A stretch of DNA of 64,000 bases from assembly GCA_963514005.1 (NCBI GenBank), contig OY740818.1, forward strand, positions 13,330,001-13,394,000. Reading direction: 5' to 3'. Position 1 is the first letter of the stretch. Every line of letters starts with the position of its first letter. The position numbers and the translations under genes are program-made. The stretch comes from Raja brachyura (taxonomy: Eukaryota). Under the pieces are notes generated by a model. It saw only the letters and a program-made list of their open reading frames with translations, was not told the origin of the DNA and made no database searches. This document shows positions 23,291 to 35,574 of this stretch, one piece after another.

Positions 23291-23650
23291 AAGGGATTAA
23301 TCTTATTGCTATTTTCCTACTTACAGAACTATAATGCACGTCTGCTAAAGATATGAACATTCTAGCGCTTTAAAATTCAGAGTTTGTAAGATAAAACTTG
23401 AATTGTGAAAAAAAATGCGTCCGTGTGAGGTCACACACGTGACCAGTCATATTTGACCTCTGACCCCAAACATTGTCAGCATAACATAAAAATTTCACGA
23501 TAAACCGAAAGAAATGCGAGTCATATATACAGTACAAAACAATACACCTGTAATGCTTTCAGAATTAGAAGCGATGTATTCCACAATTGTTCATAGGTTT
23601 GGTCACATACGTGACCAAGAATGGGCCTGATGGTTAACTGGGTTCCATAA

Positions 23651-24034
23651 GGCCCCTGTCCCACTTAGAAGACCTAAACAGCAACCTCTGGTGACCTTGC
23701 CCGCCACCCAAAAAAAAATCAAAGTCGAGGTGACCTGCAACCTCCTACCACCTCTCACGCATATGTTGAAAACCTTCCTCGACCATGAAGAAAACTGCCT
23801 TCAACTAGACCTGCGACTAAAAAAAGATCAATTTTTAAAATGGCAACCTATTTTTAGTCGAGGCCGGTTTTAATCATGATGGAAAATTAGCAGCAACCTC
23901 GATGAAGTCTCGACCACGCGGAAACCACTTTCGACCATTAGGGAGAGTGACCAAAACCTCCGGTGACCTCATGGAAACCTTGGGTGGCGGGCAAGGTCAA
24001 CAGAGGTTGCTGTTTAGGTCTCCTAAGTGGGGCT
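23651..24034. mobile_element. PIF/Harbinger-type MITE, long-TIR subfamily
   Basis: ~55-bp TIR ggcccctgtcccacttagaagacctaaacagcaacctctgg...gccaccca; right end has a small deletion; TAA on both flanks (23648-23650, 24035-24037). Confidence 0.8.
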
Positions 24035-24691
24035 TAAGTTGCCCCTGGTGCATTAGGAGGACTGGATGTGGAGGAGATGATAGGTTTGTGAAAGAGGGAA
24101 TGGTTCCATGGAGAATAAATGGGGGAGTGGAATTCATGAAAATGTCCTGAGTGCCAGTATAAGTATTTGGGCTGAATGCCTCTTTTGTTGAGAAATATGG
24201 GCCAGACATTCTGTTTAATAATTGAAGGATAAATAATTAGTCATGGAACAATCCAACAACTCCACGACTCTTAAAGGTGATGTAACGGGAACCTTTACTC
24301 TCACCTGGGGAGAACAGGTAGAATTTGGTTCAGCATCTTATCTTAAAGGCAACTCCCTGATGATGTATTCATCCCTCTGTACCACACCAGGGCATCACCC
24401 AAGATTTTTGTGCCCAAATCTGAATACAACTTGAATCCACAATCTTGTAACTCAGGCAAGAGTACTACCCACTTAGCCATGCCTAACAAATTGGAAATTA
24501 CCAGTGAATGCATAGTATTAAAAAAAAATCAAAAGCATTTCTATTGAATCCTGGAGAGACCAAGCAATTGCACACATATTTAGTTTCAGTCATACAAAGA
24601 ATCACTGGAGAAAGTATTAAAAAAAAGGACATGAGACAGAACGGAGAAATTATTACTTGAGGAAAGTGAACAGGTTGGAGCTCTTGTGTTT

Positions 24692-24979
24692 AAGAAGGAA
24701 CTGCAGATGCTGGAAAATTGAAGGTAGACAAAAGTACTGGAGAAGCTCAGTGGGCGCAGCAGCATCTATGGAGCGAAGGAAATGGGCAACGTTTCGGGCC
24801 GAAACCTTTCTTCAGACTGCTGTTGGGGGGGAGGGGGGGGGGGGGCGGGGAGAAGAAAGGAGAAAGGAAGAGGAGGAGCCCGAGGGCTGAGGGAGAGCTG
24901 AGAAGGGGAGGAGACAGCAAGGACTAACGGAAATTGGAGAAGTCAATGTTTATGCCGCTAGGGTGCAAACTGCCCAAGC
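24692..24979 (-). mobile_element. Penelope-like 3' fragment with hammerhead motif (24788-24815)
   Basis: Minus strand LGSLHPSGINIDFSNFR*, then a C-rich tract, then CTGAAGA A AGGT-TTCG-GCCC GAAA CGTT. Confidence 0.8.
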
Positions 24980-25712
24980 TCTCGTCTAGAAACTATAAAT
25001 AGTATTACCTAGTCGAGGTCTTTATCTACCTAATCAAACCTCTAATTTTGGTGTCCTTTTTGAGGAGTATGGAGATGAAGGACCTAAGCAAAGATAGTCA
25101 TTAATAGATCTAGTGGAGAATTCTGAATAAACAATATTTTTTGTTGCTGGTTCGATGTGGCACCAAGTGTAGTTGAGACAAATTAGTGCAGTTATGGGAA
25201 GGATTGATAAACACGGGGGGTGAAAATGGAATTTACTGGTGAAATAGAAGGGAAAGTAGTTGTGTAGAGCATGTTTATGGACATGAGCTTATTAAACAAT
25301 ATGGCACCTTTCTCAGCTGTGAAATTATTTGAATAATTAATATACTTAAAGAATTAGCTCCTTTACGACAATGTGGCACAGGTGCCAGCAATTTGATGCA
25401 TCTTCCTTTTGTCAGCAATTTTTAAGAGCTATCTAATTAGTCGTTTTCCTTTTCTGATCAACACTGTAAAAGTTTCTCCTTTGAGTATTTATCCAGTGCC
25501 ATCTTGAAGCTGTTATTGAATCTGCCACCTGCCCCCCTTTCAGGCTCTGTGCTCTTGTTGCACGAGTCATTTCACTTTCAGTCTACATGTCCTGACACAG
25601 CACAGATCTGCATCTTAACGTGATGCATATCAACATTAATACTTCATTGAGTTACCTGTGCGGATACCTAGAAATGTCAGTTCATGGAAACAGGGGTGTT
25701 TATTACTTATGT

Positions 25713-25932
25713 AAGAAGGAACTGCAGATGCTGGTGTAACTGAAGATCGACACAAGAAGCTGGAGTAACTCAGCGGGACAGGCAGCATCATATTGCCTGA
25801 TCAGCCATGATCATATTGAATGGCTCGAAGGGCCGAATGGCCTACTCCTGCACCTATGAAACATTTTCTATGTTTCTATGTTGCAACTCTGCAGAGAAGG
25901 AATGGATGACGTTTTAGGTTGAGACCCTTCTT
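25713..25932 (-). mobile_element. Penelope-like terminal fragment interrupted by a plus-strand CR1 tail (~25795-25882)
   Basis: ...cagcgggacaggcagcatc [gatcagccatgatc...tttctatgtttctatg] ...gagaaggaatggatgacgtttt. Confidence 0.75.
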
Positions 25933-27307
25933 TATTAATTTGTATTTTCGATTATTACTTTGAAAATGCCTCATAGACCCCCAAATGAATGCATTCAAGG
26001 GTATGTTATCTCATGGAATCGGGCCAAACACTTGCAAGGAAACCTGATTACTTCCACTGGCCCACTTCATCTGTTGAATTAATACTGTTCCACGTATTAA
26101 ACATCACTTGAAAGAAGCATTGAGGATAGAAGAGACACGGTGTGCTTTGACCGAGGTGTTCATTGCCCATCAATCACTAAGGACAAATACTTCAAGGGAA
26201 GTTGCAAACAGTCAACATTCTCCAAAACTAACAGTACTGTGGCATGATCAACCAATGTGAAAATCACCCTGCTACTTTCTGTTTGAAGCTGAACAACAAA
26301 TTGAATTGTTACATTGCTTATCTAATCTTAGTTGCAAGTAAAGTGATACAAGGTGTACCACATGTGTGCCAATGCATATTTTATCTACACTCAGCAAAGA
26401 CCTCCCTTGCCAGATGTAGGGGAGTGGGGGAACCAAATTCTCGAGGTGAAGTGCGTCTGATATTGCGACCGCGTTTGACTGTTGATGTTCAAGTAATCCT
26501 GGCCAAAATTGAAGTCTGGAGCCACAAAGGGAGTTTGGAGTTATAGGCCAATAAACCCAGCCCCAGATCATTGCCATAAGATTTAATCATGGTATTATCC
26601 TTGGCCAGCCACATTCAACTACTTCAATATCCTTCTGCCTCGCAAAAATGGGAAAGTTCACCATGATAAGTAGCAAACAATGTGTTCCCTATTTACTCTC
26701 CACTGCTATTGCACCATGCTAAATCTGTATACCGTCAACCAGATGCTCCACAAGATCTTGTTAAGGATTTGGAAATGTCACCTTATAAACCTGTGATTTG
26801 CACTGTAGAAGCATGTGCCTGCAGCAGCACAAATCCTAAGATTTCGCTCTGGTTTGTGCATGCTATCTTTGCTTGGAAAAAACATCCATTAATTTGTTAA
26901 TAATTCTAGATCTTAGAACTACTGTCCAATGGTACGAAATGTGCAATCACTATACAGATTTTGATAGCTCAGCATGATGGTTCACCACCACATTCTCAAG
27001 CATTTAGGTATAGGATATAAAATTCTTTAAATGGGCATTTATAATACCGGTGCCCAAGAAGAGTAAGGTGACGTGCCTCAATGATTACTGACTGGTGGCA
27101 CTAGCATCCATGGTGATAAAGTGATTTGAAGAGTTGGTTATGGCACATATCAACTCCTTCCAAAACAAGAATGGGCCCTATGATTTGCCTACCACCACAA
27201 CAGGTCCACAGAGGATGCAATCTCACTGGCTCTCTACTGCACTGGACCACTTATACAATAAAAACACATACATCAGCTTGGTGTTCATTGACGACAGCTC
27301 GGCGTCT

Positions 27308-27450
27308 GCCACCGTCGCTTTTCACACCTTACCCTTCCATGTCTCTCGTCTCCCTCTCCCCTGACTCTCAGTCTGAAGAAGGGTCATCCATTCCTTCCAT
27401 CCAGAGATGCTGCCTGTCGCACTGCGTTTCTCCAGCTATTTGTATCTCTT
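27308..27450 (+). mobile_element. Penelope-like terminal fragment with hammerhead core deleted
   Basis: ctgaagaagggtc joined directly to atccattcc: 15 nt lost between two gtc repeats. Confidence 0.7.
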
Positions 27451-27679
27451 CTTTGCAGCTGGTGCTTGGCAGCCGCTCCAATTCTAAGATTGCTCTCTGG
27501 TTTTGCACACTATGTTGGCTTGGGGGAAAAAAAATAATTTATTCATTGTTAATAATAAAGGTCTTGGAACTATGTCTTGGAACTACCATCCAATAGTGCT
27601 AAATAGGCAATCACCACACAGATTTTGATAGCCCAAGTTGATAGCTCACAATCACTTTCTCAAGCTTCTAGGTATAAAA

Positions 27680-29008
27680 TCCTTTAAAAGGGCATCAGTA
27701 ATACCGCTGCCCAAGGTGACATGCTTCAGTAACTACCGACCAGTGGCACTAATGTCTGTGGTGATGTGGTGCTTTGGGGTGTTGGTTATGGCGCATTTCA
27801 ACTCCTTCCTCAACAAGAACCTGGACCCACTACAATTTGTTACATGTTACCACCACAGCAGATCGACAAAGGATGTGATCTCACTGGCTCTCGACTCTGC
27901 ACTCGACCACTTGGACAATACAAACATACATCGGGCTGTTCGTCATAGACTACAGCTCCGCATTTAACACCATCATCCTCTCCAAGCAAGTTACCATTTC
28001 ATGGAACTGGGTCTCTGTGCATACCTTTGCAACCAGATCTTGACTTCCTCATCAACAGACCATAACCTGTAAGAATTAGCAGCAACACTTCCTCCTCCAT
28101 AACCATCAGCATAGGAGCACCTTAAGGCTGGGTGCTCAGCCCCCTGCTCTGCACACCCAATGCTCGCGACTGTGTAGCCGAACACCGTTGGAACTCGATC
28201 TGCAAGTTTGCTAATGACACCACCACTGTTGGACGAATTATGGATGACAATGAGTTTGAGTGCAGGAGGGAGATCGAATGACTGACCAAATGGCGCCAGC
28301 AAACAACCTTGCTCTTAATGTCAGTAAGACCAAGGAACTGATTGTGGACTTTGGAAGAGGAAGGACCTGTCTTTCGATCGAACAGTGGTAGAGTCAAAAG
28401 CTTCAAATTCTTGGGTGTGCACATAGATGTATACTGGACATAGCACATTCATGCAATGATAAGGAAAGCCTATCAACTCCTCTACTTCCTTAGAAGATTG
28501 AAGAGATTTGGTATGTCAATGAATATTCTCTAACTTTTGTAGATGTACAGTAGAGATAATGTTGGCTGGTTGCATCACAGCCTGGTTCAGCAAGTCGAAT
28601 GCCCAGGAATGAAGAAGATTGCAAAAGTGGTGAACACTGTCCAGTCCATCACGAGTACCGACCTGCCAACCATCGAACGGATCTCGAACGGGCAGTCAGC
28701 ATCCTCAGAGACCCACACCACCCTGGCGCCCTCTCATTTCACTCCTCCCATCGAAAAGGTTTGGGACCTGAAAACTAACATCCCGGTTCAGGAGCAGCTT
28801 TTTAACAACCATCAGGCTATTAAACACGATGACCTCCAAATAGACTCTGGACTATATAGACTTGGTGATATTATGTTTACACTATTATTGTCAATTTATT
28901 TATATGCTGAACATTTGTCATTTATTACGGGCTTTACATATCTGTTGTGCCGCTGCCAGACAGAATTTCATTGTTCTATTTCTGGGCATATGACAATAAA
29001 ACATTCCT
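27680..29008 (+). mobile_element. Degenerate Rex1/Babar-like LINE with RT domain; partial duplicate at ~27025-27305
   Basis: NYRPVALMSVVM, LDPLQF, aagtttgctaatgacacc (KFA[D/N]DT), frameshifts throughout, tail tgacaataaaaca. Confidence 0.85.
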
Positions 29009-29649
29009 GACCACGGTCTGACCTGAAAAGCAATGCTTACATCCATGAATTAATAAAAAATATATACATAGATTAAACTAGATATTCTACATCTGTAGAG
29101 ATTTTGCCATCCATCCCTCGCAGAAGAAAATAATTAATTGATTTTGAGCCTGAAGTGATTTAGTTATTCCCAGTCTTCGGATTGCTATTTATTTTGTCAA
29201 CTGCAAAAACTGAATTTGAGCAGAGTGGTTGCAGCTGCCTGACTAAATCTCCACGGATCACTGTTTTCTGCTAAGATGTCTTGCAAAGGCCATGGGACTG
29301 AGTTTAGAACTTGATGTGGAACCCAAGTGTGAATACGGCACCTCCACCAACTGTGTTGCCTCCAAATATACTCTCCGGTTGTTGTGCGGCATCCAATATA
29401 TTGCCCTGTTCAGAATCTGCATTTTAAATTCTATCTAAACCGATACGCAAATGGTGAATTAATTTCACAGTGCCATCTCCAACCTCTTCCTAGTCTTTTC
29501 CTCCTCCATGGCATGGAATTTGCTCCTTTCTCTGCACTTTTAGCCACATCTTCAATTGCTTGTGTGCTCAACTCTCGTTCTCCTCTTCCCTACAATTCAG
29601 CAGCCGTTGTCACTTGGTGTAGGAGGATTGTGGAGACCTCTCCCCTGCA

Positions 29650-29970
29650 GAATCATAAAGCTAAACAGCAGGGAAACAGGCTCTTTGGTCATACCTGTCT
29701 ATGCCAACCAAGTTGGCTTTCGCGGCAAGTGTAATTTGCCTGCGTTTGCCCCATATCCCTCTTAACCCCTTCATAATAAATACCTGTCTAAATGTATTTT
29801 CATACATAATTGTATCTGCTTCAAGGTTTCAAAGTCACGGTTTCAAGGCCAGTTTATTGTCACACATACCAATTAAGGTACAGTGAAATTTAAGTTTTAG
29901 ATGTGGCTACCTTCTGTGGGGAAAAAGGTGTCCTTGAGCACCCACTTAAATCTCTCCCTTCTCGCCTAAA
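29650..29970 (-). mobile_element. CR1 3' tail, antisense, with a short Rex-type tail inserted (~29822-29890)
   Basis: gaaacaggctctttgg...gcccatatccct...; insert ttcaagg...tttattgtcac. Confidence 0.55.
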
Positions 29971-31637
29971 GGGAGAGGAAGTATCTAAAAAGCAGCCCCA
30001 TGCCTGATTCATGAGGCTTTATTTATTTGGATGATGATGGTAATTCTGATCTGGTTGACATCTGTTGCCTAATTGTGGGTTCCGTGCTTGATATTGCCTA
30101 TATCCTGGAAGTGTTGTAGTCTGCGCCACAGGATCCCTTCAGTGTATCGTTCAGATTTGATGTTGTTCCCATAATGCTATTTATATTGATTTTCTTTGGC
30201 GGGTTAATGCATCAGCTGATCGTGAAGAATTACTTTGTGTTGCTTTGTAGATTGGTTACTTCACTTACTAACCAATGTAGTGCTTTATTATTAGAAGCTC
30301 CGCCTACTGCACTGTTCATATTATCGCAACCCAACTTGTGCTGGCAGACCGTGCATCTACACAGCAGAACCAATATGCTGTAGTGTGTTATATATGCTTT
30401 TCAATAATTACTGTTGTACCATGTTCGTGAGTATGACTGGGTCATTCAACAGCTTCATCTTGTAGATTGCACACAATGCAGTTTTTTGGTTGAGGAAAGG
30501 ATAGATGGAATCCAGTAGTATTGAAACTACATGTTGTCATCGGGCCAGTTGAGTGTGGCATCATATTCCTAATAAGGTATATGGTGGAATGGCTGGAAGA
30601 TGTCTGCAGGTGAGCTGGATGGCGGGGTCCTCGGTCTGCTTTTGTGCCCGAACAGGTTCAGTAACTGATCAGTAAACACCACAATTCAACTTTTCATATC
30701 AGGGTGCAAAGTCTTTCGTCTTTCATTGCCTGGTACTTGGTATGTGATGATAGCAGTGAAAACTAGATTAGGCAAAGTTCTAAACGTATTATCCTCTGTG
30801 GCATTATTAGAGAGACCGGAGAAGCTAGGCATGTTCAAGCTGAGAACATTAAATGGAGATATAATGGAATTGTTCAAAATCATGAATTATTTTCAGTGAA
30901 TAAGAAGAAACTGTTTTCCACAGGTGCTAAGATGATTTACCACAGAGCACAGGATAAGCAACATAAGAATCAGCAGAGAGGTGTTATAATATGGAATTCA
31001 CTGCTTGGAAATGTGATGGAAGTTTCAATATTAACATTGCAAAGGAAATTAGATAAATGTATGACAATGTAAAAATTACAAGGGTGTGGGATAAGATCAT
31101 AGAAATACAGCGGAGTGACTAGCTCATTCAAAGTGCTGTCTGTGCTGACTACACTGGGTATCAACTTTCTCATTATTATTGTGTGTCAGGCATTTATTCC
31201 GAAGCTACAGTGCTTTGTGCAGTTTGTCATTTCCTATTGGGGGAAAGAAATGTACAATTATCAAGAATGTCCTGGGTGTGTTGGTAGTCGGGTAATTCAG
31301 AGACAGAGTCTAGTGATCTGGACACATAGATTCATGCCACCACTGCAGCAGACTCATTTAAATTCACCAAATTAAACCTTGGGTAAAAACTAGTCTCAAT
31401 TTTTGAAACTAGAAAGCTGAGGTTCTCTCAAACGTATTTACTTGAGTTCAAGCAAATAACTAATCGGTTAAGTAACTGTGCTGTTCTTTCCTGGTCCAAC
31501 CAATATGCGATTCCATTTCCTCAGCAATCCTCAGAAAACACTTAACTCACCAAGAAATCACCCTTCGGCGTACCGTCAGATTATACCCGTCATTTTCAAG
31601 AGTCATTTTATCACAACCTGCCTGGGGACAATTAATG

Positions 31638-32170
31638 AAGGCACAAAAGAAAGCAGATGCTGGACTCATAAGCAAAAGGACAAAGTGCTGTTGCAATCCA
31701 ATGGGTCAGGCAGCAACTATGGAGGGATGGAGTGGGGGGAGAAAGGCGAGGCAGTGGGGTGCAGCCTGGTAAAGATGCAGCTGAGGGGGGGGGGGGGGGG
31801 TGTGATTGGGAAATGGGTGGAGATGGTGACAAGCCTAGGGGTGAAAAGAAGACGCAAGGTATTAGGTAAGGAAAGAAGAGGTGGAATGAAATCTGAAGCC
31901 AGAAGGAGGGATATAGTGGAAGGTAACGGAGGAGGTGAGCATAAATAGGGACAAGGAGCAGTCTGGTTGTGTGTACGTGGGATAAAGGTGGTAATATTTG
32001 TAATTGGAAATTTCAGTGTTCATTCCATTCGGTTTTCGGCTACCCGAGCAGTTCTTCCAGTTTCTCCCCCTATTCGATCAGTCTGAAGAAAGGCCGTGAC
32101 CAAAACATTGTCCATTCCCTCCACAGGTGCTATCTGACCCTCTGAGTTCCTCGCCACACTGTTTTTTGCT
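31638..32170. mobile_element. Penelope-like element with inverted terminus (minus arm to ~32060, plus arm ~32062-32170)
   Basis: gcagatgctgga...gggtcaggcagca on the left; cagtctgaagaaaggccgtgaccaaaacattg...gtgctatctgaccc on the right. Confidence 0.65.
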
Positions 32171-33681
32171 GTGGACAATTAGTGCTCTTCTTATCAGTTG
32201 CGTCCACATCATCTGAATCCTTAATATTTCCAGATGCAAATTTGTTGCAATATTTTCTGTATCCTTCCCTCCTCCCTTCCTTTTCTTTGACATGCCCATC
32301 TGCACACATTTATTCAATTACCCTGGAGGAATGCTTCCAGTTTGTTTTTCTGTGTGTAACTATGGCTTCTATAGAAGTGAACAATTTCAGTTCAGCTCAA
32401 CAGCCATGTGCAATGTGGAGTCATGGTCATTTGCTCAGTGGCCAGCTGTGAAGTATAGATACATCGATGAGCAACAGCCATGACAGTCACATTGTTAGCT
32501 TACACTGCACTTTATTTCCATTCTTGCAGAATTGAAGCAAACCTTATCTGCAAGTGCTTTATATTTAACAGGATGCATTCATTTGAGGACAGCTTGGTGT
32601 TAGCACTGGTCAACATGTATCTGTGGATATAATTTATAATTCCCCTGGAGCCAAGAATAACTATGTGCATATTTCGACTCCTGTGGTAGTAGAACTCTGA
32701 TCTGATACCTGGTTACATGTACACAGGCCAGCAATCCCAAATTTGGCATCTGTGGCAGAATTTTGTTGAACCAACGCTATACCAGTGACTAACCATATAA
32801 CAAGAGAAAAGTGAAAGTTGTGGCTGCAAGCTGAATTTTGCTATAACCCAGTAAGTATAGTATTCGGGGTTCAACTCAAAACCTGCGCTTCAACGTCCTC
32901 CATATGTGGTATTGGCTTCTTTCAGGCTTACCACAACCCAAATGCCTCCAGGTCATCAGTTAATTTCAAAATCATGGCTCCAGCCTTTAGATTTCACGCA
33001 TGCATTGATATTTTCTTAAGTATGAAAGGTGAACGCTTTTTTTATATTGGTTAATGTTTTCCTACACTGGAGCGGCAGAGAATGCAGTGTTTGGAGTATC
33101 CAGAAATAGCCATACATTGGGGAAACTGCTCAGCTGCTGTACTTGGTCTGGTACATACTAATTATCTTCCATTTCTCATTACTTGATGGGTTATGAATGG
33201 TGTAGAGGGTAGTGACTGCGACAGAACCCAATGTTGCGTTTCTTGTAATTGAAACGTGGCATTTACAAACATCTGTTGGTGTTTGTGAAAATCCAATTGC
33301 CAGCTCATTAACAAACCCAGAATGTGGCCAGCACATTTACTTTATGGCTCAACGCCTGTGGTTTTATAGGTTTTGATTCTTGACCATTCTTGATGTGTTT
33401 GCATCCTGTGACTGTGGGCAGATGGTTGCTGAAACAATCGGTCTTCAAGCTTGGCCTGGAGTCGGTGCATTTTCTGTGTGTTGTGACATTGAAACTAGTG
33501 TCTGGATTACTTGGTGCTCTCTCCAGGTACGCAGGGCAAGGTGGTTCAGTTCATTGTTGCAATTAAGCTGTAGTGAACAAATTGCTTTCAATAATGCAAG
33601 GGTTAAGATTGCCAGGTTGGTTAATATATCTGGCTGAAGGTCTGTTTGAAATAAATATATTTAAAGAGTGGACACAAATGG

Positions 33682-33724
33682 TTAATCAGCTCATTAATCA
33701 GCTCATTAATCAGCCCATTAATCA
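33682..33724. repeat. 12-bp tandem repeat (ttaatcagctca), about 3.6 copies
   Basis: Read directly: ttaatcagctca ttaatcagctca ttaatcagccca ttaatca. Confidence 0.9.
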
Positions 33725-34071
33725 ATGGAACTTAATTGAAAATATTTTGTGTAATGGAAGGAGAGGCGAGTTGAATTTGCACCACACATTTGCATGTCTT
33801 TGGTATTTTGTCCGATGACAAAATTGTCAGATTTGTGGTATGTCAGGTTTAAATTTTAGCTTTTAAAGTTTTCAAAAAGCATAAATCTGAGGTAAGGAGC
33901 AAATGAAAGTGCTAAGTGTGATTCTGAACACACTGAATTCCTGGTTTTTGCTGGCCTTCCATGGGTTAGTACAGGGATTCCCATCCTTTTTCATCCCGTT
34001 TACCCCTGGCACCTTTAATAGCACGTAACAATGTTATTTCACTTATTTATGAACAACTAATGATGAACAGA

Positions 34072-34165
34072 GGGTTACACAAAACGCTGGAGAAACTCAG
34101 CGGGTGCAGCAGCATCTAAGGAGCGAAGGAGATAGGCGACGTTTCGGGTCGAGACCCTTCTTCAG
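34072..34165 (-). mobile_element. 94-bp Penelope-derived insert starting at the hammerhead core
   Basis: Perfect 16-bp TSD actaatgatgaacaga (34056-34071, 34166-34181); absent from the sister MITE at 17161. Confidence 0.9.
34138..34165 (-). ncRNA. Minimal hammerhead ribozyme motif (Penelope type), intact core
   Basis: Minus strand CTGAAGA A GGGT-CTCG-ACCC GAAA C GTC: CUGANGA box, stem II, GAAA, GUC triplet; stems I and III are minimal. Confidence 0.65.
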
Positions 34166-35574
34166 ACTAATGATGAACAGATACTGGTATACCAAAACCA
34201 AACACAGTCAGTCAATGAGAAAAAAGATGTATAAATTCAGAATCAACAAATGTACCCCCTGGGTTGGTGAAATTTAGCCCCTGGGGGTACATTTACCCCA
34301 GATTGGGAACCCTTGGGTTAGAAAGTTGAACGTTGAGAAAAGAAGTTAGCTACAACTACTCTGGTATGCCTGTAGCAGCTGATTATATGGAAACGGCAGT
34401 TACTTCAATTGTCGATGTAGGAAAATGCAGATGTAAAATTTACTTGCTACTTGGGTGGCACCTTGGGCCCACTACGATATTATCAGTTCTCTGGTGGTCA
34501 ATGCAGCCAATGTTGGAATCCAGACTTCTGACGTACCTGGTGGGAAAGCTGTGTAGGTATTTTGTACGGTTGTGCCCTCCATTTGCCATTTAATGCAGGA
34601 CTTCTCTGTGCTACTGGTGCATGACCTCAAGATCTCAATACCGTTAAATGCTGCTCTGAGGCAAAACAGACCAGCGATTCCTAGAAGCTTTGAGGGAGCT
34701 TATATATAATTTGACAAGTAATGGAAGATTGTAAGATGGTTAAAATAATTGTGGGTGACTTGACTTGTCTAATGTTTATCAAGATTAAGTTGATAAAGGC
34801 ATCCTTGAAGAAGAGTTCATAATGAATCCAGGTCTCAGAAGAATAAATTGTGGAATCAACCAGATTGCAGGCATTTTAAAATCTTGCCATGTGTAACAAG
34901 ATGGGATTAATTAATGATCGCATGGTCAAAGATTCTCGGGGAAGCGTTATAACATGCTACCATTACGCATTTTTAGTATCAGAGTGAGAAATAAAAATAC
35001 CTAACTGTTGCCCCAAGTTAAGTAAGTTAAACAGTTATGATTGCAGAGGTGGCTAAAATAGAAATGGAAAATAGATTGAGGAAAGATGGTAGATGAGCAG
35101 TGGCAGACAATTAGAGGTAGTTGATCATTCTCAATAGGCATTCCATTGAGATATAGAGACTTTATGAAAATCATCACTCATCTGTGGTTTACTAAAAACA
35201 CCCGATTATGAAATATTTGGATTATGGAGAATAAGTGAAATCCCATTTTACAGTGAGCTGATGAAAGCACGGCTGGAGTGCTGCATACAATTTTAGTTCC
35301 CAAATTTAAGGCTAGTGTGTTTCCTTTAGAGGTAGTGCATGGGAATACATTGGTTCATGGGATAAAGTTGATGTATGAACAAGTTGATACAGAACAAGTT
35401 GAGGTCATTCTTATTTCAGTTCTGAGGAATGACTGGTGTTCTTCTTTAAATTCTAAAATTCGGAGAAAGGGTTGTCAGGGTGGAATTTGGGAGAATCTTT
35501 TACTTTGCTAGGTCATCAACTTGGGGGCAACACTTTCAGAATAAGAGGTTGTCCATTTTAGGTGGATATGAAGG

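Larger units (their letters stand above)
33972..34315. mobile_element. hAT-type MITE carrying a nested Penelope-derived insert
   Basis: Termini cagggattcccatcct / agattgggaacccttg; 8-bp TSD ggttagta / ggttagaa. Confidence 0.85.

Noticed and set aside
33682-33724. Short direct repeats as a CRISPR-like or regulatory array
   Set aside because: Head-to-tail 12-mers with no spacers; a simple slippage minisatellite in eukaryotic DNA.
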